Below are positions 14,700 through 28,988 of a stretch of 64,000 bases of DNA, one piece after another. The position numbers and the translations under genes were made by a program. The notes under the pieces were generated by a model. It did no database searches and was not told the origin of the DNA. It worked only from the letters and a program-made list of their open reading frames with translations. How positions within the stretch are numbered: position 1 is the stretch's first letter; each line of letters opens with the position of its first letter. Source of the DNA: the human T2T-CHM13v2.0 reference genome, Homo sapiens; NCBI RefSeq assembly GCF_009914755.1, contig NC_060932.1. One strand, given 5' to 3'.

Positions 14700-15300
14700 T
14701 ATAGTTCCCTTTCTCCAATATGTAGCCACTAGCCAGATGTGGCTACTGAGCATTTGAATTATGGGTAATTTATTTATTTATTTTTAAATTTTATTTTTTG
14801 AGTTGAAGTCTTTCTCTGTCGCCCATGCTGGAGTGCAGTGGTGTGAACTTACTTCACTGAAACACCTGCCTCCCGGGTTCAAGTGATTCTCCTGCCTCAG
14901 CCTCCTGAGTAGCTGGGACTACAGGCGTGCGCCACTTTGCCTGGCTTATTTTTTGTATGTTTAGTAGAGACTGGGTTTCACCATGTTGGCCAGGCTGGTC
15001 TTGAACTCCCAACCTCAGGTGATCTGCCTGCCTCGACCTCCCAAAAAGCTCGGATTACTGGTGTGAGCCACCACGCCTGGCCGAATTATGGGTAATTTAA
15101 ATTACTATGACATTGGGTTTTGAAGATTTATTATAGAAGAAAAAATGTTAATTATCTCATTAACAAATAACAGTAATTATTTACATTGATTTCACATCGA
15201 AAATATTTTGGATAATTTTGTTGAACATTTTTGAAGACTTCTTAAATATAAAACATTATAGCACATAGATGGCCAACATAATATTTCTGTTGAATGATGC
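14700..15300. mobile_element. MER33/MER3-like hAT element split by an Alu
   Basis: tagccactagccagatgtggctactgagcatttgaa and the AT-rich body resuming after the Alu. Confidence 0.6.
14773..15082 (-). mobile_element. AluSx-like
   Basis: Antisense dimer; perfect 17-bp TSD gaattatgggtaattta (14756-14772 / 15083-15099). Confidence 0.93.
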
Positions 15301-15599
15301 TGATGTAAAGCAAGAGAAAAGAGATTTTTCAACCTTCATGATCAAAGAAAGCTTAACAGAGGAAATGCTGGAGAAGGACACTGTATAAGATGCCTGTGAT
15401 ACAGGAAGGAAAACCTCACTTCCGAGGACCCTTCACCGAATTGGAAAAACATACCCAAGTGAGTGTTTACATTTGGCTCTCTATCATGGTCCACCTTTGT
15501 TTTACAATAGTGATACAATTGATATTAAAGCTGAGCAAAGAGATTGGAAAAAGTAAAGGACAGAGGACAGAATCTTGGTAACAGCAATGATTTACATAC

Positions 15600-16043
15600 T
15601 GTAACAGAGTATATATTTGTTCATAAGCCTTCATTCTCTCTCCAGGCTTGCCATGGTTTCCCAGGGGACACTGTATGCTTCCCTATTCCACTGACTTTAG
15701 GCTTGGCCATGTGACCAGCTTGACCAATGTGATGTGTACCAGTTCTGAGTGGCAGTTTTGAAAGACATGACCTATTTCTTTTTGCCCTTTTGTAGTCCTG
15801 TCATCCTGAGATGAACAGTTTCATCCTGCTCATCCTTAGATGAACAGATTCCAGATAATTGCGCTACTTCAGCTTAAATCTGGAATAATTGGATTCTGAA
15901 TTGGATTGGACACATGGAACAGATATGAACCAAAGCCAACCCAGCCTCGTTGAGCCAGAGCCCACCTGCAGAATGTGAGCAGAAGAGAAATGTTTGAGAG
16001 ATGCTCATTATGCAGCATTATTTCAACAAAACCTGACTAATAC
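15600..16043 (+). mobile_element. MLT1-family (MaLR) LTR
   Basis: ggcttggccatgtgaccagctttgaccaatg core and ...cctgactaataca end. Confidence 0.7.
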
Positions 16044-16235
16044 ACATACACAATATGATTTATCTTCACAACAAGTTGATGAAGAAGGTACTGCTAGCCT
16101 CATTTCAAACAAGGAAAATGAGGTACAGAGAGATTAAAATACTCAAAGTCACACAGCTAATAAATGGTGGGAACCTGATTAGAACTCAAGAGATTCTGAG
16201 TCCAAATCTAGATAATATTGACCCTGAAATGAAAC

Positions 16236-16897
16236 TGTAACTGCCCAGTGGGTTCACCTTGCTGGCTTCCTAGACAGAGCTGATTTCTCAAGACAGGGGC
16301 ATTGCAATAGAGAAAACAGTAATTCACGCAGAGCTGGCTGTGTGGGAGACCAGAGTTTTATTTATTACTCAAAACAGTCTCCCTGAGCATTCTGGGATCA
16401 GAGTTTTTAAGAACAACTTGGTAGGTGGGGAAGCCAGTGAGCCAGGAGTGCTGACTGGTTAAGTAGGAGATGAAATAATGGTAAGTTGAAGCTGTCCTCT
16501 TGTGCTGAGTCAGTTCCTTAGTGGGGGCCACAAGATCATGAGCCAGTTTATAGATCTGGGTGGTGCCAGCTGATGCATCAAGTGCAGGGTCTGCACTGAG
16601 CTTAGGAGCAGTTTAGGGAGGATAAGAATCTTGTAGTCTCCAGCTGCGTAACTCCTAAACCATAATTTCTAATCTTGTGCCTAATTTATTAGTCCTACAA
16701 AAGCAGTCTAATCCCCAGGCAAGAAGAAGGTTTGTTTTGGGAAAGGGCTGTTATCATCTTTGTTTTAAACTGTGAACTAAGTTCCTCTCAAAGTTAGTTC
16801 AGCCTATGCCCAGGAATGAACAGGGACAATTTGGAGTTTAGAAGCAAGATGGAGCTGGTTAGGTCAGCTCAGTTATAATTATGTAATGGCAGTTTCA
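16236..16897 (-). mobile_element. LTR8 (ERV1) solo LTR
   Basis: Reverse complement runs TGAAACTGCC...GGGCAGTTACA as in LTR8; 4-bp TSD aaac/aaac. Confidence 0.88.
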
Positions 16898-17809
16898 AAA
16901 CTTACTTTTATTTTACACATAATGAACATAATTTTTATATTATACTGTAGAATATTTACTTGGGATTTGCATGTTTGCTTTGTTCTGAAAGTTATGGATT
17001 CTACTCAACCAAGGTATAAGTTTCTTGAAAGTTGGGTCCTAGCCTGATGCCACTTTGCATTCACTGCAGTATGGAGCTTAGCACTTATTTTGTGTGCTGT
17101 TGACTCGCAGAAAAGGTTTGAAGATTGACAGATTGATGCGATGACATTTTATCATATATTCACTATTCATATAACATAACAGACATCGTGATCGCCAAAC
17201 AAATTAGTCTTTGTGTTTATGCTTAAGGGCTTAGTCTGAATAAGAATAGCTCTCCTCACCCTGGGCTCTTCCTCTCTCCTGTTTCCAGATCTGAGTAAAG
17301 AGATCTTAGTTGATGGCTTTGGTTCAGGACTCTTGGTTCATTCATGGCTTGTACTACCTGCTGTCCTCTGGAGGATCTGAGGGGCACTGTGTTTTGTGCT
17401 TTTGTGTAAGGAACAGCAAAAAGCATGCAAAGGCACAGCAACAGAGCTATATTTTAAAGAAATACAGATCCAGAATCCACTTATTTTAAAATTCTAAACA
17501 AATGAGCAGTAAATAATGTGATGAAAATGGGGCTTTCCTGCAACTAACACCATGGTTCCCTGTAGCCTTTGTCTCTAAGATATCAAACCTTTGAAGCAAA
17601 GAATTATTTCAGATGTTAGCACACTTTTTTTCCTCTTAAAATTATGGAATTCCCCATTCAAAAATTTGCCAAAATTGAAGAAACAGGTTAACTATCTATA
17701 GTTCAAAGAAAAATTATATTCTGGTAATTTTTTTCTTTATTATTTTTAAAATTATGGCAAACTGTGTAGTGATTATACCTTCACTGGTATTGTTTATTTC
17801 TCAAGCTAC

Positions 17810-18075
17810 TACTCAGTGTCCTGCATTTCAGACTGAAGGATCTTTGTAGCATTTTTTATAGGGCAGGTCCATCAGCTACAAACACCCTGAGCTTTATTTA
17901 TCTAGGAAAGACTAAATTCCTCCTTCCTCTTGGAAGGACGGTTTTACTGGATAAAGAATTCTTGATTGAAGTTTCTGTTGGTTTTTTTGTTTGTTTTGTT
18001 GTCCTTTCAGCACTTTTAGTATTCCATGTCTGTCCTTCATGATGAGAAATCAAACTGCTAATCTTAGTGAGCAGG
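17810..18075 (-). mobile_element. Old L1 fragment
   Basis: tagcattttttatagggcagg...gaaggacggttttactggataaagaattcttg. Confidence 0.6.
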
Positions 18076-18237
18076 TAATGTTTGCATTGACACACTTCAG
18101 ACAGCCTGTCTTGTTAAAAATGTATTAAGGTGAAAATGAAGGAGACAGATAAAAGGAGTTACTGATAGAGAAACCAGGGTTTCATTGGATCATAGAATCT
18201 CTAGGCTAAAAGGAATGTGAAAGGTTATTTGTCCAAC

Positions 18238-18720
18238 TGTAAACACATCAGACCAATCTGCTTCAACTGTTATGTAACAGAGTTGTGAGTTGTTTTTCAG
18301 TTGCCATGGACCCCTAGGTTGAAGACCACAGAAGCTAAGCATGCCCCAGTGAACCACGTATGCAACTCTGAGTAGAGCTTAAGTACTTGAACCAAGAAGC
18401 GGGGGCTGAATTAAGAAGCAGAGAACACATGGCAGGATCCAGAATTCAATCAGATTGAGCCCTGGTGTCACCCCATGGCAGGATACAGTCAGATCATGAC
18501 TCCTAGCATCACCTCATTGCAAGATTCAATCAGATCACATCTCATTACCCTATGCTTATAAAACACAACCTAGTCCCAGCTCTGGGAGACAGATTTGAGC
18601 ATTTCCTCCCATTTCCTTGTGAGTCGACTCACAGTAAGCTTTTCTCACTGCAAAAACCCAGTGCTTCAGTGTTTGGCTTTCCATTGTGCAGTCAAATGGA
18701 TCCAGTTTGATTCAGTGACA
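18238..18720 (+). mobile_element. LTR47-like ERV solo LTR
   Basis: TG...CA termini, internal caatcagat repeats, tataaaa box at ~18557, flanking caac/caac duplication. Confidence 0.75.
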
Positions 18721-21455
18721 CAACCACTGTGACTAAAGGTATATGAACTTTCAAAATATACTCAAACGTTCTAGTGATATATTGAATAATTGTTAGGATT
18801 CAGGATGTAAATCTGAATTAGTTGTATATAAGGAAGATTGTACATTATCAGGATTTGATTACTTCTGCTTTGTAGGCTGCCAAATTTGTTTCAGGGCAAC
18901 CAGTGAGAAAGTCTACAAAACCAGAAAATACCCATGGCATTCCTATCTTAACCAGAGCCATAGCAGACATCAGTAATCAACCACGGCATTTTCCCACAGA
19001 GCTCATATTTAGCTTTATAATCCTTCTCAAAACAGATTTTCCACCTTCCTACCACATCCCTAAGAGTTTATCTATAAAATGGAGAGTGACAATCTGTGGG
19101 CATTTGAGATCTCCCTACCACCCTCTCAGCCTCATATACACTTTTTCCTACTAGCAATGCAAGAGATCAGGTTGTGATGTTGGCTCTTAGATCCACCTGA
19201 TTCGTCTCAAGCCTCCTTCCTTCCTTGTCGTGTATCTGCACTTACCAAAGAGCAAGGACTAATTCAGAATAGCACAGAAATCAATAGAGAAGTTGCCTAT
19301 AATCATGTTTCTCATTATTTTCACATTTTATTAACCAATTTCTGTTTACCCTGAAAAATATGAGGGAAATATATGAAACAGGGAGGCAATGTTCAGATAA
19401 TTGATCACAAGATATGATTTCTACATCAGATGCTCTTTCCTTTCCTGTTTATTTCCTTTTTATTTTGGTTGTGGGGTTGAATGTAATAGCTTTGTTTCAA
19501 GAGAGAGTTTTGGCAGTTTCTGTAGCTTCTGACACTGCTCATGTCTCCAGGCATCTATTTGCACTTTAGGAGGTGTCGTGGGAGACTGAGAGGTCTATTT
19601 TTTCCATATTTGGGCAACTAGATGGAGAGATAGCCCTAAGGAGAGAAACAGGTAAGCAGCAGAGATAGAGGAGAAGCTGCTAAATTTTATCTCCACCTAG
19701 CCAGCATCAAAGAGCTTAACCCTTTGACAACTTGTAGAGCACAAAGTATTTAACTGCATGGAGGATTCAGTACTCTCAGTATTTATAATTTCCAAGCAGA
19801 AATGTGGGGCAAGGTAGAGGCTATGATGAAGGCAGGATAGATAAAGAGTAGTTACACAGAAAATATTTTTCTTAAATTTGTACTCCACTTTTTTTTTCAA
19901 TGGGATGCAAAAAGTACATGTGACTAAACACAGTATTGAATTTGTTTCTCTAAGATCCTAAACTTTTCCAGAATAAATTTATATAGAGCAAATTTTTTTA
20001 TCATAGCTATAGAAGGCATCTTAGAATTCATCTAAAGCAGTCCATTCAATTTTTCAGATAGGAGCCCAAGGCTTCCAATTAAATGATTTGCCTCAAATCA
20101 CAGGGTTGTAGGCTGGCCTGAAACTGACTCCCAGATAGACTTTTCCAACTGTGACTTTTCATCTGAACAAGAGAAAATAAGACATAATATTTATGATTAT
20201 TTACTCAAATCTCCCAAGGACAGTATATAGATAGTACCACTGTAAAGAATAGGGGAGAAGTTAATTCATAATATTCAGTGATGCCTCAGGACCCTGGTTG
20301 AGAAAGCCTGTACTAGCACGTTATCACTATCTGGCTTCCACAAACTATTTGGGGACTGATTTATTACATGAAGGCCACAGCGAGTTTATAAGAGTTCTAC
20401 AATTAAAGTGTAAAGCTTACTGATTTGGGCTGTTAGCAGATTTAGGGCTATGGAAACACAGCCTGTTTCATCTGTGACCTTGAGTTATGATTAATTTTAG
20501 ATAAGCAGTGGATAATACATTTAAGGGAAATCACCTTTGAGCCACCTTGAAAAAGAAGCATAAATTTCACTTGTGTTCTAATTCGTTGTAATAATGGCTT
20601 TGCCATAAAATGTCTCCTAAATAGCTTGAGACTGAAAATGCTGGCTAATAAAAGCATATTGTGTGCTTATTAGAGAAGAGCAAAAATGCCACAAAATTGA
20701 ACAGTTAACCTGCAAATAATTGTCAAGAACTTGCTTCCTAAAGGAATTTGCTCTTTCCCTGGGTGGTCATCCAAAACCAAAGGTGTATGGGAGCAGAAAT
20801 CCCTTCCTCTTAGACCGTAGTGGTGATGCTTAAGGATCAGTCAGAGATAAACATAATCAGAAAAACACCCAGGAGCTGACTGACTGCAGGAGGCAGAATT
20901 CACTTGTGGTCGGGACCAGGCAGCAACTTAGATTCATCACTTTACGGACAAATGATGACTTATTTGTTATTTTTCTCGTAGTCTGTCCATGGATAATTAA
21001 ATATTTGTAGGTGGAAGAAATAGTAGCACTCACTGAAAGGAATCCACCATCCTTTATGTATGATGCCACTATTACGGGAAGAGATGACCTTGATTTTTGA
21101 TGCCCTCACCAATACAAGCTTTTAATTTAGAACTACTTGTTTTAACCCAAATGGCATGGCATGTTAGAAGGGCTCGGGTCCCCCATGAAGATATGCTATT
21201 GTGGAGTTTGATGGAACCTGAGTACATTTCAGGTCTAAGAATGCTGAGGCACTGGGCATTTCACTTGTCTGAAATGAGAAACTGAAACCAGGAATGAGGA
21301 TCAAGGTCACAAAATTAGATCATAAGTCTGTGTAGTACAGTGGCTGTCACTCCTTTGCCAACCTCTGTAATAAAGGCTGAGAAAACCAACACATGGTGCC
21401 TTGCCCGCCCACTCTGCAGTGAGAGGTGAGCATGTCACACTGTTTTGATTAATGA

Positions 21456-21928
<473 letters not shown>

Positions 21929-22858
21929 GACAAAAGGCAATTTTCAAAAGACAAAATAAGAAATCAAAGGAGAGTTTGAGCACTGGTCCCTAATAGAGTC
22001 ACCGGTTAGGTAAACCAAAATGATCAACCACCTGCTTTAGGACTTTTTGTTAGGAGAGAAAAATGCATCCCAATTTGTTTGAGCCACTATAGTTAGCATA
22101 TACTGTTATGTTCAGGCAATTGAAATCCTAGCTAATCCAGATAATTATGACAAAAACAGGAACCAGGAGCCAGTATCAGGAGGAATAAGGAAAGTCTGGT
22201 AACCGTAAATGGTGCATTGCTTTTGCTGTTTTCTCCTAATCCTATAGACTCGTACTTAAAATTTAACCAACTTGAGTATCTTTGCTCCCTTTTAGGAGCC
22301 TAACAGAAGAGAAGAGAATTATGTAAGCAGGTTGCAGTGGCTGCATCTTGCATGCTTTCTTTGGACTATAGCTAGTGTCTGAGCAAAGAAAAACATCCTC
22401 TTGCCTCTGTCCTCTCTTTGCCTTCTTCATAAGAGCCTCAGAAATCCTGTAAGAGTGGTTAAGTGAAGTGGGTAATCACACTGCTTTGTTTTACTTAGAG
22501 CCAAGAGGATCATTTATACCTCTTATCAGACCTTAAGAGCAGCTCTTTTGCTGAAAAGCTGGAGGCCTAGCAGGGAGGAAAATTATATAGAAATACATAT
22601 AAACTATTTCCTGGGGATCACTGTGCAAAGTGTAGGATAAATGGAAAACATGTGACCTATGTAAAATTACCCTTCTGCTAGCCCCATCCCAGCAAGAAGC
22701 AGCTCACAAGAGAGACTGGCTCCCCACTAGGGACGTAAATGGGCTTTCCAGGTGATTCTGTGTCAGTCCTAAAGATTCTTGAGTAATCTGTTATAATGAA
22801 GCAAAATAAAAGCAGTTCATAATTTTTCATGCTCCAGTAAAAGAAATGCAAAAGCCCA

Positions 22859-23170
<312 letters not shown>

Positions 23171-24435
23171 TAAAATCACAAATCTATGTCTTTAAAAGAC
23201 CCTCTCTACCCACGCCCCTGCCACCACCCAAATCCAGGTACCCTTGTGGCTGAAATGTAATCTTTTGGTAACTCTCTTTTGTATTAGCCATTACCTTCCT
23301 CAAGACATCCTCTTTTAGTATCCAAAGACCCCTGGAGAAGTGAAAAGAGGGAAAGAGGAAGGAAAGAAGTTAATAACGTATGCAGGGCCCATAGTGAAAC
23401 AAGTAGTGTAGTAAGAGCTTTATTAAACTGCGTACTGGTTGTGGTGCAGTGGGACAGATATGTGTGTATGTGTGTGTGGGTGGGGGTACACTGGGTGAGG
23501 AATGTGGGAGGGGAAGGATAGAAGAAGAGGGTCTGGCTGAGGTCATGTGGCAGGAGAGGTTGCAGTGTGAAGAGAGTCAGTAGGAAATGTGGAATGGGGG
23601 ATACAGCAGGTATTGAGTGACAGAGGACGTTATTTATAGGACTCTATTGGGATGAGTAGATAAAGTCCCAGATCTGTAAGAAAAGAGACATTGACTGAGC
23701 ATTAAAAAGGCTGAAAAAGAAAGAGAACAAAAACCGAGACAGTGTCAAAAACATGGACAAATGTTGGCATTTCCCTTTTACCTTGGGGGCAAGTCTTTAT
23801 GAATTCCATGACTGGAGTCCAAAGGGCTCCCTCTGAATACCTCCAACACTTTTAAGGGAAACAGCAAACAAACAAACAAAATACATTAACATGCCTGGGA
23901 GCTCATCACTTTTGCTTGGCGGCAACCATCTTCACTCCCAAAGGGCCATGCTGTTGGGGATATTTAGCTAAGGAAACAAATCACCGTGGAATAGTTTCTG
24001 CTCCAGGAGAAACAGCGGTTATGAGCAGGATCAGTGTTAACTGTCAAAAGGCTTGAAAAATATCTTTTCTTAAATCCTACTCTGTGCTGACTTCACGGTA
24101 TTCCCCTCCACCACCAAAAAAAGTTGAAAGAAGTGTTTTCACTAACACCCCACCAAGGAAACTAAAATTACAGTAGGCAAATAGCTGCAGAAGAAACACA
24201 AAAACACAAAGGATTTTAATGCAAAGCCCAAGTGTCTTCCATTGTTCCAAAGAAAACCATCAGAAATGCAAATATTAGGAGTTGTAGGGTTATAGGTCAT
24301 AGCTGAGGTTAGTTAATCTTGGTAATAAAGAGGCGGTCACAAATCTTTTATTACCTCTGTGGAGCTTCAAGCCTTTTGTTTGTACTGTAGAGTCTGTCTT
24401 TGGAAATGGATCAACATGGGAAAAGGTAAGTCTTA

Positions 24436-24796
24436 TGATACGGTTAGACTGCGTCCCCCACCCAAATCTCATCTTGAACTGTAACTCCCATAATTTCTAT
24501 GTGTCATGGGAGAGCCTGATGGGTGGTAACTGAATCATGGGGGTGGGTCTTTCCTGTGCTGTTCTCGTGATAGTGAATAAGTCTCATGAGATCTGATGGT
24601 TTTATAATCGGGAGTTCCCTCACATATGCCCTCTTGCTGGCCCTCATGTAAGACGTGACTTTGTCCTCATTCACCTTCAGCCATGATTGTGAGGCTTCCC
24701 CAGCCATGTGGAACTGAGTCAATTAAACTTCTTTCTTTTATAAATTACCCAGTCTCAGGTATGTCTTTATTAGCAGCGTGAGAACAGACTAATACA
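24436..24796 (+). mobile_element. THE1 (MaLR) solo LTR
   Basis: tgatacggtt...cccacccaaatctcatcttgaa...gactaataca; TSD tctta/cctta. Confidence 0.9.
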
Positions 24797-25588
24797 CCTT
24801 ACTAAGTATTTTTCTAGTACTTATAAAACACCTTTTGTTTGTTTGTTTTTTCCTGCAACTCAGCTATGGAATTTACAAATCTTATCAGGGTAATGTTTAA
24901 TTCTTTTCCTCTTAAGATAAAACATGAAACTATGTTTAGGAATCATGAACAAAATAATAATTATGAAGCATGAAATATTTGGATGACTTTGTTTTCGGCA
25001 GAGAATAGTATCTTTTAACTTTTAGGACTCTGAAAGACAGAAGAAAAAATGGAGACTTGCATATCTTCTAACATGTCTTTTTGCTCTTAGCTATTCATCC
25101 CCCAATCTTCTGGAGGCTGTATCCTATGTTATATGTTACAGAGAGAAAATAATCATGTAGAACAAATGTAATAACTTGAAATATAAAAGTGATTTATGAT
25201 GAAGAAATTCTTTCATAGGAAACCATTCTCTCAGGAACTTTCCTGAAAGTCTCTGGGAATTTATGAAATGATTTTGCTGATGAAGCTTATTTTTAGCTGT
25301 ACCCGATGGCAGTCTCCTTGCAAAAGAGATGGGGATTCTGTTTATGCTACAGAAATTGAAGTTCTGCACAGCAGTCAATAGAAAATAATGGATATCAGTT
25401 TCACAGCTGGAACTGCTGACTTGATCAGATTTTATAACTCTCTTCTCTGGGGGGTCTTTTTAATAAATCCATGGAGAGTGGTGTCATGTATTTAATGAGA
25501 AAGCTTCAGTGTTTTATTCTATACATAGAAATGAGTAACTAAAGGGAGCTTGACCACCTTACAGTAACTCACATTCCTAAATACATAA

Positions 25589-26122
<534 letters not shown>

Positions 26123-26489
26123 TGACATCATTTGCATTGGGCAGGATCTGACTTAGGAAATCTCATCTAATTTTCTACCTTTACATCGGCAAATAATAAA
26201 AGCACCTACTTTCCAGACAAAATTGCCATAAGGATTAAATGGGATAATAAAAGGAAAGAATTTAGAGCAATGCCCAATGCATAGTATGTTCTTCAAAATG
26301 TTCACAACAAATCAGCAATCCAAGCCCTACTTGTTCTGCCCCATCTGATCAATTTGGAGAATGATGTTAGTAAAAGCAATCATTAAAGCAGATGTCTTCA
26401 ATTCTTATAGGAAAAGGTTACTGTGAAATCCAGAGAAGAGAATACACTGCTATCCTTCCCTTTTTTAAAACTTAACTTTCCAGATTTCT

Positions 26490-26705
26490 CCTGGCGTGCT
26501 TCTCTGGCTGTGTATACATGAGAATCCTCTGGAAGATAGAGTTGGGGGTGGTGGACACTGTTAAAAAGGAGATTCTCAAGGTTTTCCCATTCTCAGGAGA
26601 TTCTTGTTCAAACTTGAGATGAAGCTTAGGAAATTGCATTATCAACAACCTTCTCCACTCTGGAATTTCATGCAGGTGGTGCACAGACCTCACTTGGGGA
26701 AGCGC
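26490..26705. mobile_element. MER5-like hAT element
   Basis: aggaaattgcattatcaacaacc...cacagacctcacttgggga. Confidence 0.5.
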
Positions 26706-28544
26706 AGCCTTGGCATCTTGCTTAAGGCCTGCCATTAGGCTCACTGAGCTCATTGAAATGCTGCTAAATTTCATTGTATCAGCACATAGATAGGATGAGA
26801 ACTCTCCACAGTTGAAAAAGTTCTTTAAAGAGATCTCAAAAACGTCTACCTTAGATGTGGACAGTTTTCAGTTCTGCCTAATTTTCCTAGAAGAATCACA
26901 AATGGAATACTTAAGTCATCATTTCCAAATCCATAGGTTTTCTTCCAAAATGCCCAGGTGGTGTCAACAACTCGCCAGAACCTACTGATCAGAGTTTTGC
27001 ACCTGCTGGATTGGGTCCTGGGATAACTTCATCCTATAGAAAGCATTTGGATGCTCTAAGTTGATTCTTTTTGGCACCCACAACAGGTGTAGAAATGATT
27101 ACAGGGTGTCTAACCATGTTTCTTATGTGGGAAATGACTCACAAATTATTCCTTCCACATGCTCCTCTTTTATGCCTGCCTCTCTAAAAGAAGATTTTCA
27201 CCTCTTTATAGGGCAACAGATTAAAAATGAACATGCCTGGGTCTGTTGAGTTTTCAGCCTCTGAAGTGCTAGGGGGGAGTGGAGTCCAGGATGTATTACT
27301 GGTTCCCTCAGTCATAGAGACCATCTACTACTTCTCCAGCTTCTGGGGGGATCTTTTACATTTTTTTCATAGTGGAGATAAAACTGCCTTCTCTTCTCAT
27401 TCAACAAAAAGTATAATCAATTGAAAATCTTTCTTGGAGATACGCTGCCAGCTCATAAAATATAAAATATGGCAAGTAACCCTCCTCTCCATATGCACTG
27501 TCAACTCCCATAAGCAATAAAGGCACTTAGACTTTTGCACTGCAGGAGAACAGCACCATATGTATTTAAACTGTAAGGAGAAAGGGAAGAGAAATCACTG
27601 CTGTGATCTTTGCAATGTTTCATTTTCTGTTCATTTTTTATTTATTCATGTCATCATATAGGTTTCTAAATACAGAAGCATCGCATCTCCTGTGTGACAT
27701 CTTCCCCGTGGTAAATCTAATTAAACTGCCATTAAAGTCTGTGTTCACTCGATTATGCCAAGGTGACCGCAGCAGCTACTAAATGTTAACAGTATCTTTC
27801 TTTGCTCACTGCCGAGCATTTAGGGAGAAACCAGTAGCAGTAGTTTTTATAGAAATAGATTTTAACAAGTATTTTTTCTTTCTTTTTTACAATAAATATT
27901 TGCTGATTTTGAAATCAGTAGAGACAATGAATTCTAACAGGGAAAAATGATATATTTAGGAAACTTTCTTATATTTAATAGAGTTTGATGGACAGTTGAA
28001 GCCAATGTTTTTTTCTGGCTTTAGATTAAGTGCTCAAGCCTGTATTTTGAAGATATCCTTGTCTTGGTACCTTCTTTTCCAGGCCTGTTTGCCTGTCACT
28101 GATAGCACTGCTCCTGGCTTTTGAAAATAGCAAATATGCTTTCACCATCACGTTTTTGTTCATGCTCATTTCCATTCTTTATTTTTTATCTTAATCCCAC
28201 TCATCTTCAAGACTAAGCTTGAAATGAAGCTTGTCTTGGCCTCGGCAACCCAAAGGAATTTTTCCTTCCTCTTAACTCATTTGACAACCCACGGGATCCT
28301 TGTCACAGTTCATCTTGCATTGTCACTCATCATCTGTTCATCAAAAGCATTGTCCGGGCCACTGACCTGAGGAAGAAACAAGGGATTTGATCATTCCTGT
28401 GCAAGTACTTTTTCCATTGCAACGGCGTGCTGTTTTCTTCACAGATAACTGGAACATAAGAGTTTTTACTAAAGTCTGGACTCCCCCAGAAACCAAGCGG
28501 GCTGGGGTTTTTCAGCAGCAGGCCTTCTTCCTCTGGTTATTCTC

Positions 28545-28818
28545 AGTTATTATTATTATTCTGAGACAGGTTCTCACTCTGTTGCCCAGGCCCAGATTGT
28601 GGCACAATCTCTGCTCACTGCAACCTCTGTCTCCAGGGTTCAAGTGATTCTCGTGCCTCAGCACCCCCAGTAACTGGGACTACAGGCTCACGCCACCATG
28701 CCCAGCTAATTTTTGTATTTTTTAGTAGAGACGGGGTATCACCATGTTGGCCAGGATGGTCTCAAACTCTTGACCTTAGATGATCCGCCTGCCTCGGCCT
28801 TCCAAAATGCTGGGATTA
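28545..28818 (-). mobile_element. 5'-truncated Alu
   Basis: Antisense Alu stops at gctgggatta; flanks ggttattctc / ggttattttc. Confidence 0.88.
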
Positions 28819-28966
28819 GGTTATTTTCTTTTTTAACCTTCATTGTCACTTCTCTATTATTGTCATGTTGGGGCTCTACCTTCACTGTGCTGCTCTGAAC
28901 CAGCAGGCTCTTATCCTCCATGACCCTTTGCTCCACTCCCAACGCATGCACACAGATGCGCGTGCA

Positions 28967-28988
28967 TACACACACACACACACACACA
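28967..28988. repeat. (CA)n microsatellite
   Basis: Uninterrupted CA run of about 11 units. Confidence 0.9.
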
